A stretch of DNA of 64,000 bases from the human T2T-CHM13v2.0 reference genome, Homo sapiens: NCBI RefSeq assembly GCF_009914755.1, contig NC_060934.1; one strand, written 5' to 3'. The notes under the pieces are model-generated. The model ran no database searches and was not told where the DNA came from. It saw nothing but the letters and a program-made list of their open reading frames with translations. Each line of letters opens with the position of its first letter. Positions within the stretch are counted from its first letter, which is position 1. A program made the position numbers and the translations under genes. Of the stretch, positions 18,519 through 33,878 are shown piece after piece.

Positions 18519-19298
18519 AATGCAAGATAATTTTTAACAGTCCCTAATCAAAGATTTATGTATATTTAGCATTTTAGGTGTGATTTTAAAAAATTCTGTA
18601 ACTTATAGAGATCTGATAGACAATATTAATATGTGTAGCCTCTAGTTTTTCATGTGAGAATATGTTTGGTAAGGATTACAATATCTAATTGTAGGTAAAG
18701 CTATAGAGACATAAATACCCCCAAGGCCCTTTATAGAATTCTGCACATGAAGAATTTTCTGATCTGTAGTTATTACTTTCCTTTGGTATAACTTCATCTT
18801 ATATTTGTGGTTTTCTCCGTCTGCTGCTATGTCTGTTTTCTCAGCCAGGTCACATTATTTGAAGCTATGCTTCACTAAGTTAAAAAATATGCTTAAGCCC
18901 TTCTATTTTATGGTGTCTCTGCTTTAATAATTTATACATGTAACTCTGCATTTCTAATATAAAGAATGGAATGCTTTTTTTTTTCTCCTCATGAGAACTG
19001 CCTACCTGTTCTTGCAGTCTGGTCAGTGATTAGAGTTGATAATAGCTGTAAAAAAAACAATAAAATTTGTTCATTGTAAATTTTTTTCCCCAAGGGCTTA
19101 TTGTTAGTATGGTTTCTGACCCAGTAACTACCTCAGTATGATTGAGACAGATTTGTATATAAATGTGAATTGACCCTAAGAAGGGTACTTGAAGTCTGAA
19201 ATGTTTATCCATTTTGGTTCAAGTAAGTGTACCTAAGCTTTGTGGCAGAAGATGATGCCCAATGCAGTGTAGGCAGAGGATAAATTGATAGCTCCTCA

Positions 19299-19630
<332 letters not shown>

Positions 19631-19724
19631 ATCTTTTAACCATTTTAGTTAGGGCTCTCCAGTTACTAGGGAGTCCTGACTGGGACATTAGGATTACATG
19701 ATGTAATAAAAACTAGTATTTTGG

Positions 19725-19943
19725 GGCTGGATGCAATGGTTCACACCTGTAATCCCAGCCTTTGGGAGGCCGAGGCGGGAAGATTACTTGAGCTCAGGAG
19801 TTCGAGACCAGCCTGGGAAACATAGTGAGACCTCGTCTCTACAAAACATTTAAAATATTAGCTGGGTGTTGTGGTGTGTGCCTGTGGTCCCAGCTACTCA
19901 GGAGGCTGAGGCAAGAGGACTGTTTGAGCCTGAGAGGTCGAGC
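19725..19943 (+). mobile_element. AluJ, 3'-truncated
   Basis: Ends abruptly at gaggtcgagc. Confidence 0.88.
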
Positions 19944-19959
19944 TCTTTTTATTTTGTCA

Positions 19960-20088
19960 TTGATCCATTCTGAGAGTGGAACCCTTATGACCTAAATACC
20001 TCCCATTAGGCCCCACCTCCAAATACTGTTGCATTGAGGATTAAGTTTCCAACAGATGAATTTTGGGGAACACATTCAGATCATAGGA
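19960..20088 (-). mobile_element. MST/MLT1A LTR fragment
   Basis: ccttatgacctaaatacctcccattaggccccacctcc...ggggaacacattcagatcatag. Confidence 0.75.
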
Positions 20089-21244
20089 CTGAACATTGTT
20101 TTTTCAAGTTTCATTCATGGTGATGAATTAGCTTTTGTTGCTTTTCACGGAGGAATAATATTACATTTGCAAATATACCACAATTAGAATTTTCTATTCT
20201 TCTGTCAGTGGATTTTTGGATTTTGAGTAGGTTTTTGCTCTTTTGAACAGTGTTGTCCTGAATGTTGTTATATATGTATTCCAAATGTACATGTCCAGGA
20301 CTTTGCTTAGGATTCGTGGCTAGAAGTCTAATTGCTAGATGGTAGGGTATGCAGCTGTTCAACTTTATGAGCTAGAAACAACTGTATTTATATCATGTAA
20401 ATATCAAAACAAATTTATATCATGTAAATTTCTAACAGTGTTCTTCCCCTTCTAAACTTGGTATTATCAGGTTTCTTAGGTTTTGCTAAGATTTTATATA
20501 CAGTGGTCAATACATTACAAATGTTACTCTGTTTTTAGTTTGTGAGCTCCCTTATTACTAATGAGGCTAAATATTGTGTGATAGATCTCATTTGCCATTT
20601 GTTTTCCCTCTTTCTGCAATACCTTTTATCTATTTTTTATTAGATTATCTTTTATGAAAGTGGTTAGTGGAGTTCTTTGTATTTTCTGTGTGCTAATTTT
20701 TTGTCATTTATGTGTGTTGGAATTTATCCTCTAAATTTATGTCTTTTTACTTTGTTTATAGTGCTCTTTGAACAGAACTCATTACTTTTTATGCTGGTGA
20801 TTTTATCAAGTTTTAAAAATTAATGCTTTTGGGACTGATTTTTAGATTTTTCCCTGTGAGATTAGAAGAAAAATTCTCCTGTGTTTCTTTCTAAAGCTTT
20901 CAAAAGTTTGCCTTTCGTGTATAACTGTTTGATACATTGGGAACTGACTGTGGTATGTGGTAGGAATCCAATTTATTTTCTTTCACATTGCTAGCCGGAG
21001 GTCCCGATACTATTTATTACACAATCTTTCCTCGTTGATCTGCAGTGCCACCTGTGTTTCCATTTATGCTTGGGTATGTTTCTGAGTTGTTTATTCTTTC
21101 TCCATTGATTAATTTCTTTATCCCTGGGTCAATACCATATGTTGTTAAAAACTGTAATGTTATGGTAAATTTGGATATCTGTTAGGGCAACTCAGCCTTG
21201 CCTTTTTTCTTCTTGAAAATATCTTATTTTGGGTCCTTTATTCC

Positions 21245-21533
21245 TTTTTTTTTTTTGAGATGGAGTCTCACTTTTTTGCTAGCTGGAGTGCAGTGATGCA
21301 ATCTCAGCTCACTGCACCTCCGCCTCCTGGGTTCAGTTGATTCTCCTGCCTCAGCCTCCCAAGTAGCTGTGACTACAGGCGCGCGCCACCACGCCCAGCT
21401 AATTTTTGTATTTTTAGTAGAGATGGGGTTTCACCATGTTGGCCATGATGGTCTCGATCTCTTGACCTCATGATCCACCTGCCTCAGCCTCCCAAAGTGC
21501 TGGGATTACAGGTGTGAACCACTGTGCCCGCCC
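21245..21533 (-). mobile_element. AluS
   Basis: TSD ggtcctttattc. Confidence 0.93.
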
Positions 21534-21924
21534 AGGTCCTTTATTCTTTAACATAAATTTTTGAGTTTCCTTCAAGTTCCTAAAAAATCTTGTTGGGTTT
21601 CTGATGGGAATTGGATGAAATTGATAGATAAGTTTGGGGAGAATTGATATTTTTATGATAGTGTTTTCCTTTCTATAAATGTGAACTATCTTTCTATTTA
21701 ATGAGGTTTTCTTTAATGTGGTTCAATAATGTATCATTTCATTCTCTCTATAAATTTTTATAAAACTTTGGCTAGATTTCTTCTCACATACCTTGTATTT
21801 TCTTGCTATTATATCTCTTTAGATTTTAAAAAATTTCCAGCTGTCATTGATGATACAAAGTCAAAATTGCTTTTTTTAAAAAAAGAAAAAAATCTTTTTT
21901 TTTTTTAATGCTTTAATGCTTTTT

Positions 21925-22105
21925 AGCCTCCCGAGTAGCTGGGACTACAGGCGCGCACCACCACGCACAGCTAATTTTTGTATTTTTAGTAGAGACGGGA
22001 TTTCACCATGTTGGCCAGGATGGTCTCTATCTCTTGACCTCGTGATCTACCTGCCTTGGCCTCCCAAAGTGCTGGGATTACAGGCATGAGCCATCATGCC
22101 CGGCC
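21925..22105 (-). mobile_element. Alu, partial
   Basis: 3' roughly 100 nt missing. Confidence 0.88.
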
Positions 22106-22432
22106 TCTCCTTCATTCTTGAAGGATAGTTTTGTTGGATATGGAATTTTTGGTGGACAATTTTTTTTTTTCCTTTCTGACCTTTAAATATGTAATCTTAC
22201 TTCTGGCCTCCATGGTTTCTGAAGAGAAATAAGCTGTTAATCTTATTGAGGATCTCTGGTTTTGATGGTACCTCTCACTTATTGTTTTCAAAATTGTCTT
22301 TGAGTTTCAGCAGTTTGACTATAATGTATCTCAGTGTGAACCTCCTTGAGTTTATTCTGCTTAAAGTTGTTGAGTTTCTTGGATGTGTAGATTATGTCTT
22401 TCCTCAGATTTGGGAAGTTTTTGGTTATTTTC

Positions 22433-22691
22433 TTTTTTTTTTTGAGACAGAGTCTCGCTGTGTCACCCAGGCTGGAGTGCAGTGGTACAATCTTGGCTCA
22501 CTGCGAGCTCCGCCTCCTGGGTTCACACCATTCTTCTGCCTCAGCCCTCCGGAGTAGCTGAGACTACAGGCGCCCGCCACCATGCCTGGCTAATTTTTTG
22601 TATTTTTAGTAGAGATGGGGTTTCACCATGTTAGCCAGGAAGGTCTCGATTTCCTGACTTTGTGATCCACTTGCCTTGGCCTCCCAAAGTG
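22433..22691 (-). mobile_element. AluY-like, 5'-truncated
   Basis: Alu consensus. Confidence 0.9.
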
Positions 22692-23894
22692 AGTTATTTC
22701 TTCACGTATTTTTTCTGCCTCTTTGTCTTTCCCTTCTCCTTGGTCTTTTATGGTACGTAGTTGGTACACTTAGTAATGTCTCACAGGCCCCTCAGGCTCT
22801 GTTCCTTTTTCTTCATTCTTTTTTCTTTCTACTACTGAGAGTGGACAGTTTCAATTTTCTTATCATCATATTTGCCAGCTCTTTCTTCTGCCTGCTCAAA
22901 TTTGCTGTTGAGTACATCTGGTGAATTTTTTATTTTAGTTGTTTTTCAGCTCCAGAATTTGTTGTGTTGCTTATTATAATTTCTGCCTTTACTGGTATTC
23001 TCATTTTGTTCATACATTTTCCCCCTTTATCCTCCTTTATTACCTTTCGTTCTTTGTCCATGGGTTTTTTTCTTTTTCAATCTCCTGGAGCTTTTTTTTT
23101 TTTTTTTTTTTTTTTTTTATGAAATTGACTTAATGTCTTTGACTAGTAATTACTTTGGGCTTCCTCAGGGAAGATTTTTGTCAAATTCCTTTTTCTAGGG
23201 AATGGGCCATACTTTCCCGTTTCTTGGTATGTTTTGTAATTTTTTGTTGTTGACAACTGGATACTCTGAGTATTATAGTATGGTAACTATAAATCTGTTT
23301 CTCCCACTCCTCAGTGATTGCTGTTTTTTGCTTGTTGAGGGCTGAAGCCACCTGTTTGTGACTTTACAAGCTATTTTCACAAAGTATGTATTCCATATTG
23401 TGTATGGTCACAAGTTTTTGTTCTGTTGTCTCTGTGGCTAGCTGGTGACCTGACAAAGATTTTCTTAGATATCTGGCTCCAAAAAAGGAGATCAAAAAGG
23501 TTTTACCTTTTTTATTGTTCTAATAATACTTACAGTGAAAGCCACTGCTGTGGAGAGTAGTGAAACTGATGCATGTGCCTGCATCACTCCCTTAGGGCCA
23601 GACCAACCAAAATGTACAACCCTAAATTTTGAAGGACATGATCCCTACTGTCCCTCCTGGCACCGGTTAGCAACTCCAGGAACATGGGCTGCTATCCCCA
23701 CTGCCACAAGAGGTGGTGGGTGTGGTGGTGGTGGTTGTGAGGAATAGGGGAAGGTAATTGGTTTATGCATGCTGCTTATTCATACTTATGAAAGATCGGT
23801 AGCCTCTTCCTTCATCAAGCACTCCCCTGGTTGTTAAAAGGGTTTGGTCAGTTCCTAGAGTTCTACTAAAGTACTTGATTCCAGTTACTCTTAG

Positions 23895-24246
<352 letters not shown>

Positions 24247-24424
24247 TGACCCCTAGATCTTTCTATTCTGTCATTTTGCATCCATGATGTCTTTTGAAGT
24301 TCAAATGTTTTAAATTTAGTTAAGCCCAGTTCATCAACTTTTTCTTTTGTAGATCATGTTTTTGTGTCATATCCAATAATTATTTTCTTAAACCATGGTG
24401 ACAAAGATTTTTTCTTGTGTTTAT

Positions 24425-24895
24425 TTGTGTGGGTAGATAGGAAACCTTTAGGGTGCAGGCAGGTCACGTAGGAATTGTAGAGGGAATATGACTTGATGAG
24501 AACTGTCTGGCCTGTGTGGGGCTTGCAGAGGAAATTGGCACACTGTTGCTGGCAGGAAGCCTTTGGTGGAGTCAATTTTTTTGTTGAGCAGGCTGCAGGA
24601 ACGCCATCTCCAGGTTGAGGCTGCAGGTTCAGCAAGGCTGCAGGTTTGCTGAGGGGCTGCAGTCTGGGCATCGAGCTAAGCAGAATTTTACTGGATGTCC
24701 TCACACTTCTACCCGATCCACTCTGCAGCAGCTGGAAACCACAGGAGAGCCCCTTTCTCCTTCAGTGTCCCTTTGGTGCCCTCTACCCAGAAAGCTTAAT
24801 AATTTCATGTTTGTTTTAAAGGAGAAATGATTAAAGGAATTTTTTCTGTTATCTTAGAGCATAAAGGTGAATTTGGAGTTAAGAGGTATTAGAAG
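24425..24895. mobile_element. Old ERVL LTR (LTR41/LTR50-like)
   Basis: ggtgccctctacccagaaagcttaa...aaggtgaatttggagttaagagg resembles the recalled consensus end. Confidence 0.5.
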
Positions 24896-25261
24896 AATCA
24901 TCAACAGAAATAATAAAAAGATAAACAAATTGGAAGGAAAATGATAGCCATAAATAAGATGTAGACATTTGTTTAAATCAGCTACAAAGTGTTTTCTTGA
25001 TAAGTGGTACACAACGTATCAAACATTGTTTAAATTAATAGACCATCCTTTGAGGCTTCAAATTTTTTTCTTAGAAGTATTCCTAGTCCTCAGCATATTC
25101 ATTATTGAAAACTTTCACCTATTTAGTGATCTTATGAAGTAGAGAATTAAGTCACTGTACATGGTCTCTGAGGTGAAACCTCCAGAGTATCTTAAAGTAG
25201 AAATTACTCTAGTGTCATATGTTTATTTCTGTTATACACCTGAGGAAATAAGAGTGTTTAT

Positions 25262-25574
25262 TTCCTTTTCCTTTCTTTTTTTTTTTGGAGGCAGGGTCTT
25301 GCTCTGTTGCCCAGGCTGCAGTATAGTGGCAGTATCATAGCTCACTGCATCCTTAACTCCTGGGCCCAAGTGATTGTCCCACCCTAGCCTCCCAAGTAGC
25401 AGGGACTACAAGGTGTGCACCACCATGCCTGGCTATTTTTTTTAATTTTTATTTTTTGTAGAAACAGGGTCTCACTACATTGCCCAGGCTGTTCTCAAAC
25501 TCCTGGGCTCAAGTGATCCTTTTGCTTTGGCCTCCCAGTGTTGGGATTACAGGCATGAGCCACTATGCCTGGCC
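25262..25574 (-). mobile_element. AluJ
   Basis: Alu consensus. Confidence 0.9.
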
Positions 25575-25997
25575 ATTTCTTTTCTTTATTATTGATTAGC
25601 CTGCATTCTTTTGTAGGAGTCCCTTAACATTTTTCATTAAAAACTTATTTTCTATTATCACTAATCTGCACTTTTAAGATATATTGATACGGCATTTTGA
25701 GTATAGATAAATCTAATTATTTGGGACTTCAATTTGGAACTGTTTGTAATTAATCATATGTGTGAATTAAGAATTTTCTTACTGTTCACTTATAGCTTAT
25801 GCAAAGGGTTTATATTGAGTTGAATTCATCAGTACCTTCCTAATTGGTTCATTGGGCCCTGGTCATGTTGTTTTGATGGGTACATATGTTGAGTATCATC
25901 CCTGCTTACATAAAAAAATAGGTACTTAATTTGGTTGGTTAGGGCATGGAGATAATAGGTAAAATCCTTAATACTTGTGCAGGGTGCACAATGACGC

Positions 25998-26248
25998 GGA
26001 GTGCAATGAGGCGGTCTCGGCTCACTGCAACCTCCGCCTCTAGGGTTCAAGCGATTCTCCTGCCTCAGCTTCCCGAGAAGCTGGAATTACAGGTGCCCAC
26101 CACCACGCTTGGCTAATTTTTGTATTTTTAGTAGAGACAGGGTTTCACCATGTTGGTCGGGCTAGTCTTGAGCTGCTGACCTCGTGATCCGCCCGCCTCA
26201 ACCTCCCAAAGTGCTGGGATTACAGGTGTGAGCCATCGCACCTGTCCT
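25998..26248 (-). mobile_element. AluS lacking 3' end and tail
   Basis: Alu consensus from ggagtgcaatg. Confidence 0.9.
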
Positions 26249-26685
26249 GGGTTTTGTTTTTTTTTTTCTAGATTTTTCAGTGAGAGATACTTTCTTCCTT
26301 GGTTATATATTGACTCTTTTGTAGTAAGCTTTCTTGTACATAGCTGGCCTAGGAAAGACAGGTTATGTATATATATTATAGCAATAGGGGATTAGTAGAT
26401 ATAATTTTATTATAAATAACAAATTATTACTGTAAATAATATTTATCCAAATATTGTATTACTTAATCCTTTAACTGTTATATAGATTCTTTTAAATGTT
26501 TTTGTTTTCAGAATTTTGGCTCTTATTGTTAAGTACATGTACAGTCAATTCTAGTATACTTTGTAGCTGATTTAGACAAATGTTTGCATCTTATTTATGG
26601 CTATCATTTTCCTTCCAATTTGTTTATCTTTTTATTATTTCTGTTGATGATTCTTCTAATACCTCTATATAAGCCAGATAGTCTG

Positions 26686-26816
26686 TATTTTACTTTAAGT
26701 TCTGGGACACAGGTGCAGAATGTGCAGGTTTGTTACACAGGTATACGTGTGCCATGGTGGTTTGCTGCCCCTATCAACCTGTTATCTAGGTTTTAATCCC
26801 TGCATGCATTAGGTAT
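26686..26816 (-). mobile_element. 5'-truncated L1PA 3' end
   Basis: tactttaagttctggg...gtgcaggtttgttacacagg; imperfect TSD aagccagatagtct / aagctacatattct. Confidence 0.85.
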
Positions 26817-26995
26817 TAAGCTACATATTCTTAATTGAGCCTTATTATTCTAAGTAATAGTGGTATAAGTAGTAGAAATAGTTTTATTTAAAAGTATTTT
26901 TGTTTTTGCCTTGGGAACAAACTTATTATAAAATTACTGTTAAATAGCTCTCTGGTTGCAAAAAACACAATTCATGTAACTTTTCTGTGTTTCAG

Positions 26996-27119
26996 AAACC
27001 TTTTTCCAAAAAGGACAAAGGAACTCAAATCAGTTGTCCATAGTGCTCCTGGTTGGAAATTATTTGGTAAAGTCCCTCCTAGAGAGAATCTTCAGAAAAC
27101 ATCCAAAATCATTCAGCAG
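26996..27119 (+). CDS. TBC1D12: TBC1D12 internal coding exon (probably exon 2), 124 nt, phase 2 to phase 0
   Basis: Acceptor ttttctgtgtttcag| and donor CAG|gtaagt. After 1 nt it reads [41 protein letters not shown], which I recognise as TBC1D12 (the PGWKLFGK motif is shared with paralogue TBC1D14). Exon number is from memory. Confidence 0.95.
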
Positions 27120-28414
27120 GTAAGTACTGACATAGCCATGTAGTTTACCCTAGCTTTTCAAGCATTCTTCTTCTTCTTCTTCTTTTTTTTTTTTTTTTTA
27201 AACTAACCATATTCTATTTTTATTCTTATTTTTCTAGATACAGACTTTTGGGATTATAAGTATTTATAGGGACCTGCTAAATTTTCTAGAAAAACAGGTC
27301 ATATATTTTCTGTTATCTTTTATAATTGTGAAAATTCTTCAAATAGAACGTAGACTTTTTTTTTTAACCAGTTATTCCTTGAATAGATTTTTTAAAAACT
27401 TAGCTAATCACTCTCACCACATACTGTTTGACTTCCAGTTGAAGTTGGTAGCATTTGTCAGTGGCACAGATGTTCTGAATATTGGTAGTTGTGAACTGAT
27501 GAAATATTAAAAAGCAAAAACTGAGTAGATTATGAGGTTGAACTCCTTCCTTTGTCACTTTTCTGGTGTCCTCTCTAAACCAAGGACTTTGTAAATGAGA
27601 AGAGTTGGTACACAATCTGTTTCTAGTAATTTAGAAGCTATTTCTTCTGATATCTCTGTTAACATCTGTATTCTTGAGTTCTTAAGACTTTCTGATCTTA
27701 TTTGACTTCTGAACTTTGGCTCTTCAGTACTAGATAAGTGAGAATGGAAAGCAGTGAGACTGGATCAATCTGCAGTGTTTTAAAGTTCAGAGAAGTTATT
27801 GCTCAGAAGAAGACATATAGTACATTTCCTATTTTTATCCTTCCCAATTGTAGTTTACCAAATTTAACACAGCTAGCATTTATAAAAACAATCACATGAA
27901 GGCAATAATCATCATTCAAATTGGAAAAGATATCTTCCTTTAAAGATTTAATAGTGTTCCTTTTATTGCTCAGAAGAAAAACTGGTTTTCCAAGTAATAT
28001 GAGAAAATAATTTTAGATCTTTAAAAACATTATTGTAGTTAATTCTTTTTTTCTTCTTTTTGCATTTGAATAAAAGGTTTATTTTTTTCCTCAGGAAAAA
28101 CAAAGTTAGGGACACACACTATGCTTTTAGAACCCATATTCTTTTGTAGTTGGTCCTAACCCTTCCTGGCACAGCTGTCAAAAGCACTAGCTGTTTAACC
28201 AGAACCAAGATGTTCACCCCCATAGAATGTACATGCACGGCACTAGAGGACTGCATGTTTGTCCCTGAGAGAAGCATAAGACAAACAGAAGTTGCTGAGA
28301 TTGCCGTCTTTCTAAGCAGCCCCTCCCTTTCCCTTTTGAAGGATTTGCCTGAACTATGTAGCTAGTCAGTAGTTAGACCATGTGCCTCCTCCTCTCCCTG
28401 TAAACTAACTTAAT

Positions 28415-28545
28415 TTCTTTTTTCAAGAGACTTGGTATTGCTATGTTGCCCAGGCTGTCTTCAAACTCCTGGGCTTAAATGATGATGCTCCTGCCTCAGC
28501 TTCCTGAGAAGCTGGGACTACAGGTATGTGCCACCACACCTGGCT
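28415..28545 (-). mobile_element. FLAM monomer
   Basis: Single-arm Alu. Confidence 0.8.
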
Positions 28546-28614
28546 TGTAGTTAATTTTCTTTACAAGTGATGAAAATAGTGAATAGTTTATCTATTGGTA
28601 CTTAAAACTGTGTG

Positions 28615-29496
<882 letters not shown>

Positions 29497-29590
29497 CTAT
29501 TGTGACATCTTAAGTTTTAGCTCCTTTTTTTTTCTTTTGGTAAAGTCTGAAAGTAACGTCTCTCGTCTAGAATGTTTCAGAAGACCAAGT

Positions 29591-29605
29591 TCGCCCTCTA
29601 GAGGC
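29591..29605 (-). promoter_or_regulatory. CTCF-like binding motif
   Basis: Minus strand GCCTCTAGAGGGCGA matches 13/15 to a canonical CTCF core GCCACTAGAGGGCGC; lies in unique sequence with several retained CpGs. Confidence 0.6.
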
Positions 29606-29745
29606 AAAACGGTGGTCTTGCTACTGAAGGTTTATACAGGTATTTTTGATTTTTATGGTAGTTTAAATATGCATGCACATACATTTTTATATCTTTATAT
29701 AAACTAATGTTCTATGATATTTTCTTACCATAAGTCTCTGAATAA

Positions 29746-30131
<386 letters not shown>

Positions 30132-30178
30132 CCTCACATTCCCTTTTTTATATATGTGGTATAAAAACTTGATGAGTG

Positions 30179-30517
<339 letters not shown>

Positions 30518-30766
30518 TCATTTGAGAAGAAGGGGTAGAGTTGAAATGTAGTTGCTGCCTCTGCCTCTGCGGCCCCTTCTCTGATCCTTTAACTGACGAT
30601 TATTTCTCTGCGCCACTTATTTTAGTTTTCGAACTTTCCAGCTATGTCACAGCTATTAGTATATGTTTTAGTGCCCTTTTTGTGGTTATGTTTGTTCTCT
30701 GGGAGGCATTATGTATAGTCAAGTCATTTTTCTTCTGACCTTTTTCCATCTTCAAAATATGTATCA

Positions 30767-31106
<340 letters not shown>

Positions 31107-31664
31107 CTACTATCTCTGCTTCAATGTGTGTCCTCTACTCCCTATTTGTCTAATTTTGCTGTCCTCTTCCCTGCAATTCTCATTTTTCAAAGTGGGCATG
31201 ATTTTCTTTTTATAGTAATGGTAAATTTACAATTTTATGTCTCTGTTTTAACTTAGAAACATTTTTTCATAGCACTGATTTTTGAATTCTCTAGAAGATT
31301 ATGAATATAAAACTGTATCTGAGTTCCTTTACCATGTATGCTTTCAGATAGATGTTATTACGTTTGGAATCAGAAACCGAAAGTGAATATAGTATCAGTA
31401 AAGCCATGAAGAATGTTAGGACACTTCTGTCATGTTTTGGGATAGGTTCTTAAGCTGTTAAGGCTTTAGGAAATGAAGAGGTAGCTGGTAATTTAGGTGT
31501 GAAAAACTGCTTGGAGAAATGATGCCTCACTTGCTTTTTGAATGGTAAAGCAGTAAGATTTATTAGGAGATTAGAGTAGTAGTATTTCATTGGCTAATAA
31601 CTTTTTAAAGCAGGTCTTCAGAAAGAAGTTGTTGATTCTTTTAAAACATTTTTTGAAAAAAAAT

Positions 31665-31790
31665 TTTTTTTTGGAATGTGGGGCTCACTATGTTGCCCAG
31701 GCTGGCCTCAAACTCCTGGGCTCAAGCAATCTTCCCGTCTTAGCCTCCTGAGTACAGGGCACTACAGGCGCACACCACTGTGTCCTGCAG
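31665..31790 (-). mobile_element. FLAM monomer
   Basis: Single-arm Alu. Confidence 0.8.
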
Positions 31791-31899
31791 AGTTGCCATA
31801 TTTTTAAATATGTTATTAAACCAAACATTTCTTTAATGGAAAGACATCTGTAAGATTACACACTAAGTAAAGAAGAAAAGATTTAATTTACAAAGTTTT

Positions 31900-32189
<290 letters not shown>

Positions 32190-32734
32190 TTATTAGTGAC
32201 ACAAATAACACATGATTATATTCTCTTTATAAAATATAAAACATAGAATGATATATCTCAGTTCACTTTCCTTTCACATTTTTAGGCCTTTTAAAATTCA
32301 TTTTTTTGTGTGGAAAAAACACGTAATTATTTTTACATGTATATATTTTGCATATGTGGAATTATATGTTTTTTTCTATTTCAAGAATGAAATGTCACCA
32401 TATTTAATTATATAGATGTGTATATATATACACACACACACATCTATATACAATTTAACTTTACATGTTTTGTACCTGTATCTTTTCAGAGATATTTGGG
32501 TTCATAAGTGAAAGAATCTGTTAAATATTTTAAAACTTTTTATTCCTGCAGTAACTTTTATTACAAGTCTAATCAATTTTAGTGCTTTCCATGTTAACAG
32601 TAAAGAAACATAAAAAACGTTTTAGGATTATAGCAAAATCAAACTGACTGAAGTTAACTTGATAATCAATTCCAAAATCACAAGAACATTCCTAGTATTA
32701 CTTTTTGAGGATTATCACATGTGTTCTCTTGCAG

Positions 32735-32770
32735 ATGTGAAATTCCGCTTGTGGCCTTTTGAACCAGTTG
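32735..32770 (+). other. Candidate 36-nt cassette (poison) exon of TBC1D12
   Basis: gtgttctcttgcag|ATGTGA...CAGTTG|gtgagc; in-frame stop at codon 2. Confidence 0.45.
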
Positions 32771-33547
32771 GTGAGCCGTGTTAAAAATTGAATCTGTTAA
32801 TTATAAATAGTATTTCAGTTATATCGTAGTTCAGTTGACCTGAGTTTTTTGTTTTTTTTTCTAAATTAGTAGGTAAAGTTGGAATAGCTACATGGTTTGT
32901 CTTAGGAACTCGAAACTGCAAGTGAGAATGATTTCAAATGAACCATGTTATATGTAATTATGATACAATTGCATACTAGATTGAATATGCACTATTTATG
33001 CATATTTATGTCAAACTGATAATCTCTCAGTGAAACTTACCTTTTTTTGCTAGGCACTGCTTTTATATTGGCATCTTTAATGTGAAAACGAAATTGTAGT
33101 GCTTAGATGATCAAGTTTTTCATCAATACACATGCCATTTTCTGGTAAAGTTTAAGTTGAGTGGTTGAATCAGTTTCACATAAATTTTGACAGGCAAGGA
33201 AAAAAGTTGTAAGATACTGATTTCTTAATCAGAGAGTTTCAAATTGTCTAAAAGTAGAATAGATCACTTTCCTCAGTTAAGGCTTTGCTTTTGAAATTTT
33301 TTACTGCAGGAACAACATTATGGAAAGGACTAGCATACATGTGTTTTGTGAGCAGTAGTTAAATGTTAAATACATAACACTTAGAACATGTTGGGGCTTA
33401 ATTTTCTGGTTTCTGATTTTATTGGTATGTGTAATAGAGTATTTGAAAAGTTTATTGGTTTTAATTATGCTTAAATATAGATATTCTTGCTGTAAAATTT
33501 GATTACTGCAAAAACAAAACAATTATTTCACTGATGTTAAATTGTAG

Positions 33548-33878
<331 letters not shown>

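Noticed and set aside
32906-32921. 16-nt possible microexon (ttgtcttag|...CAA|gtgaga)
   Set aside because: Short pyrimidine tract and weak context; such motifs arise by chance at this scale.
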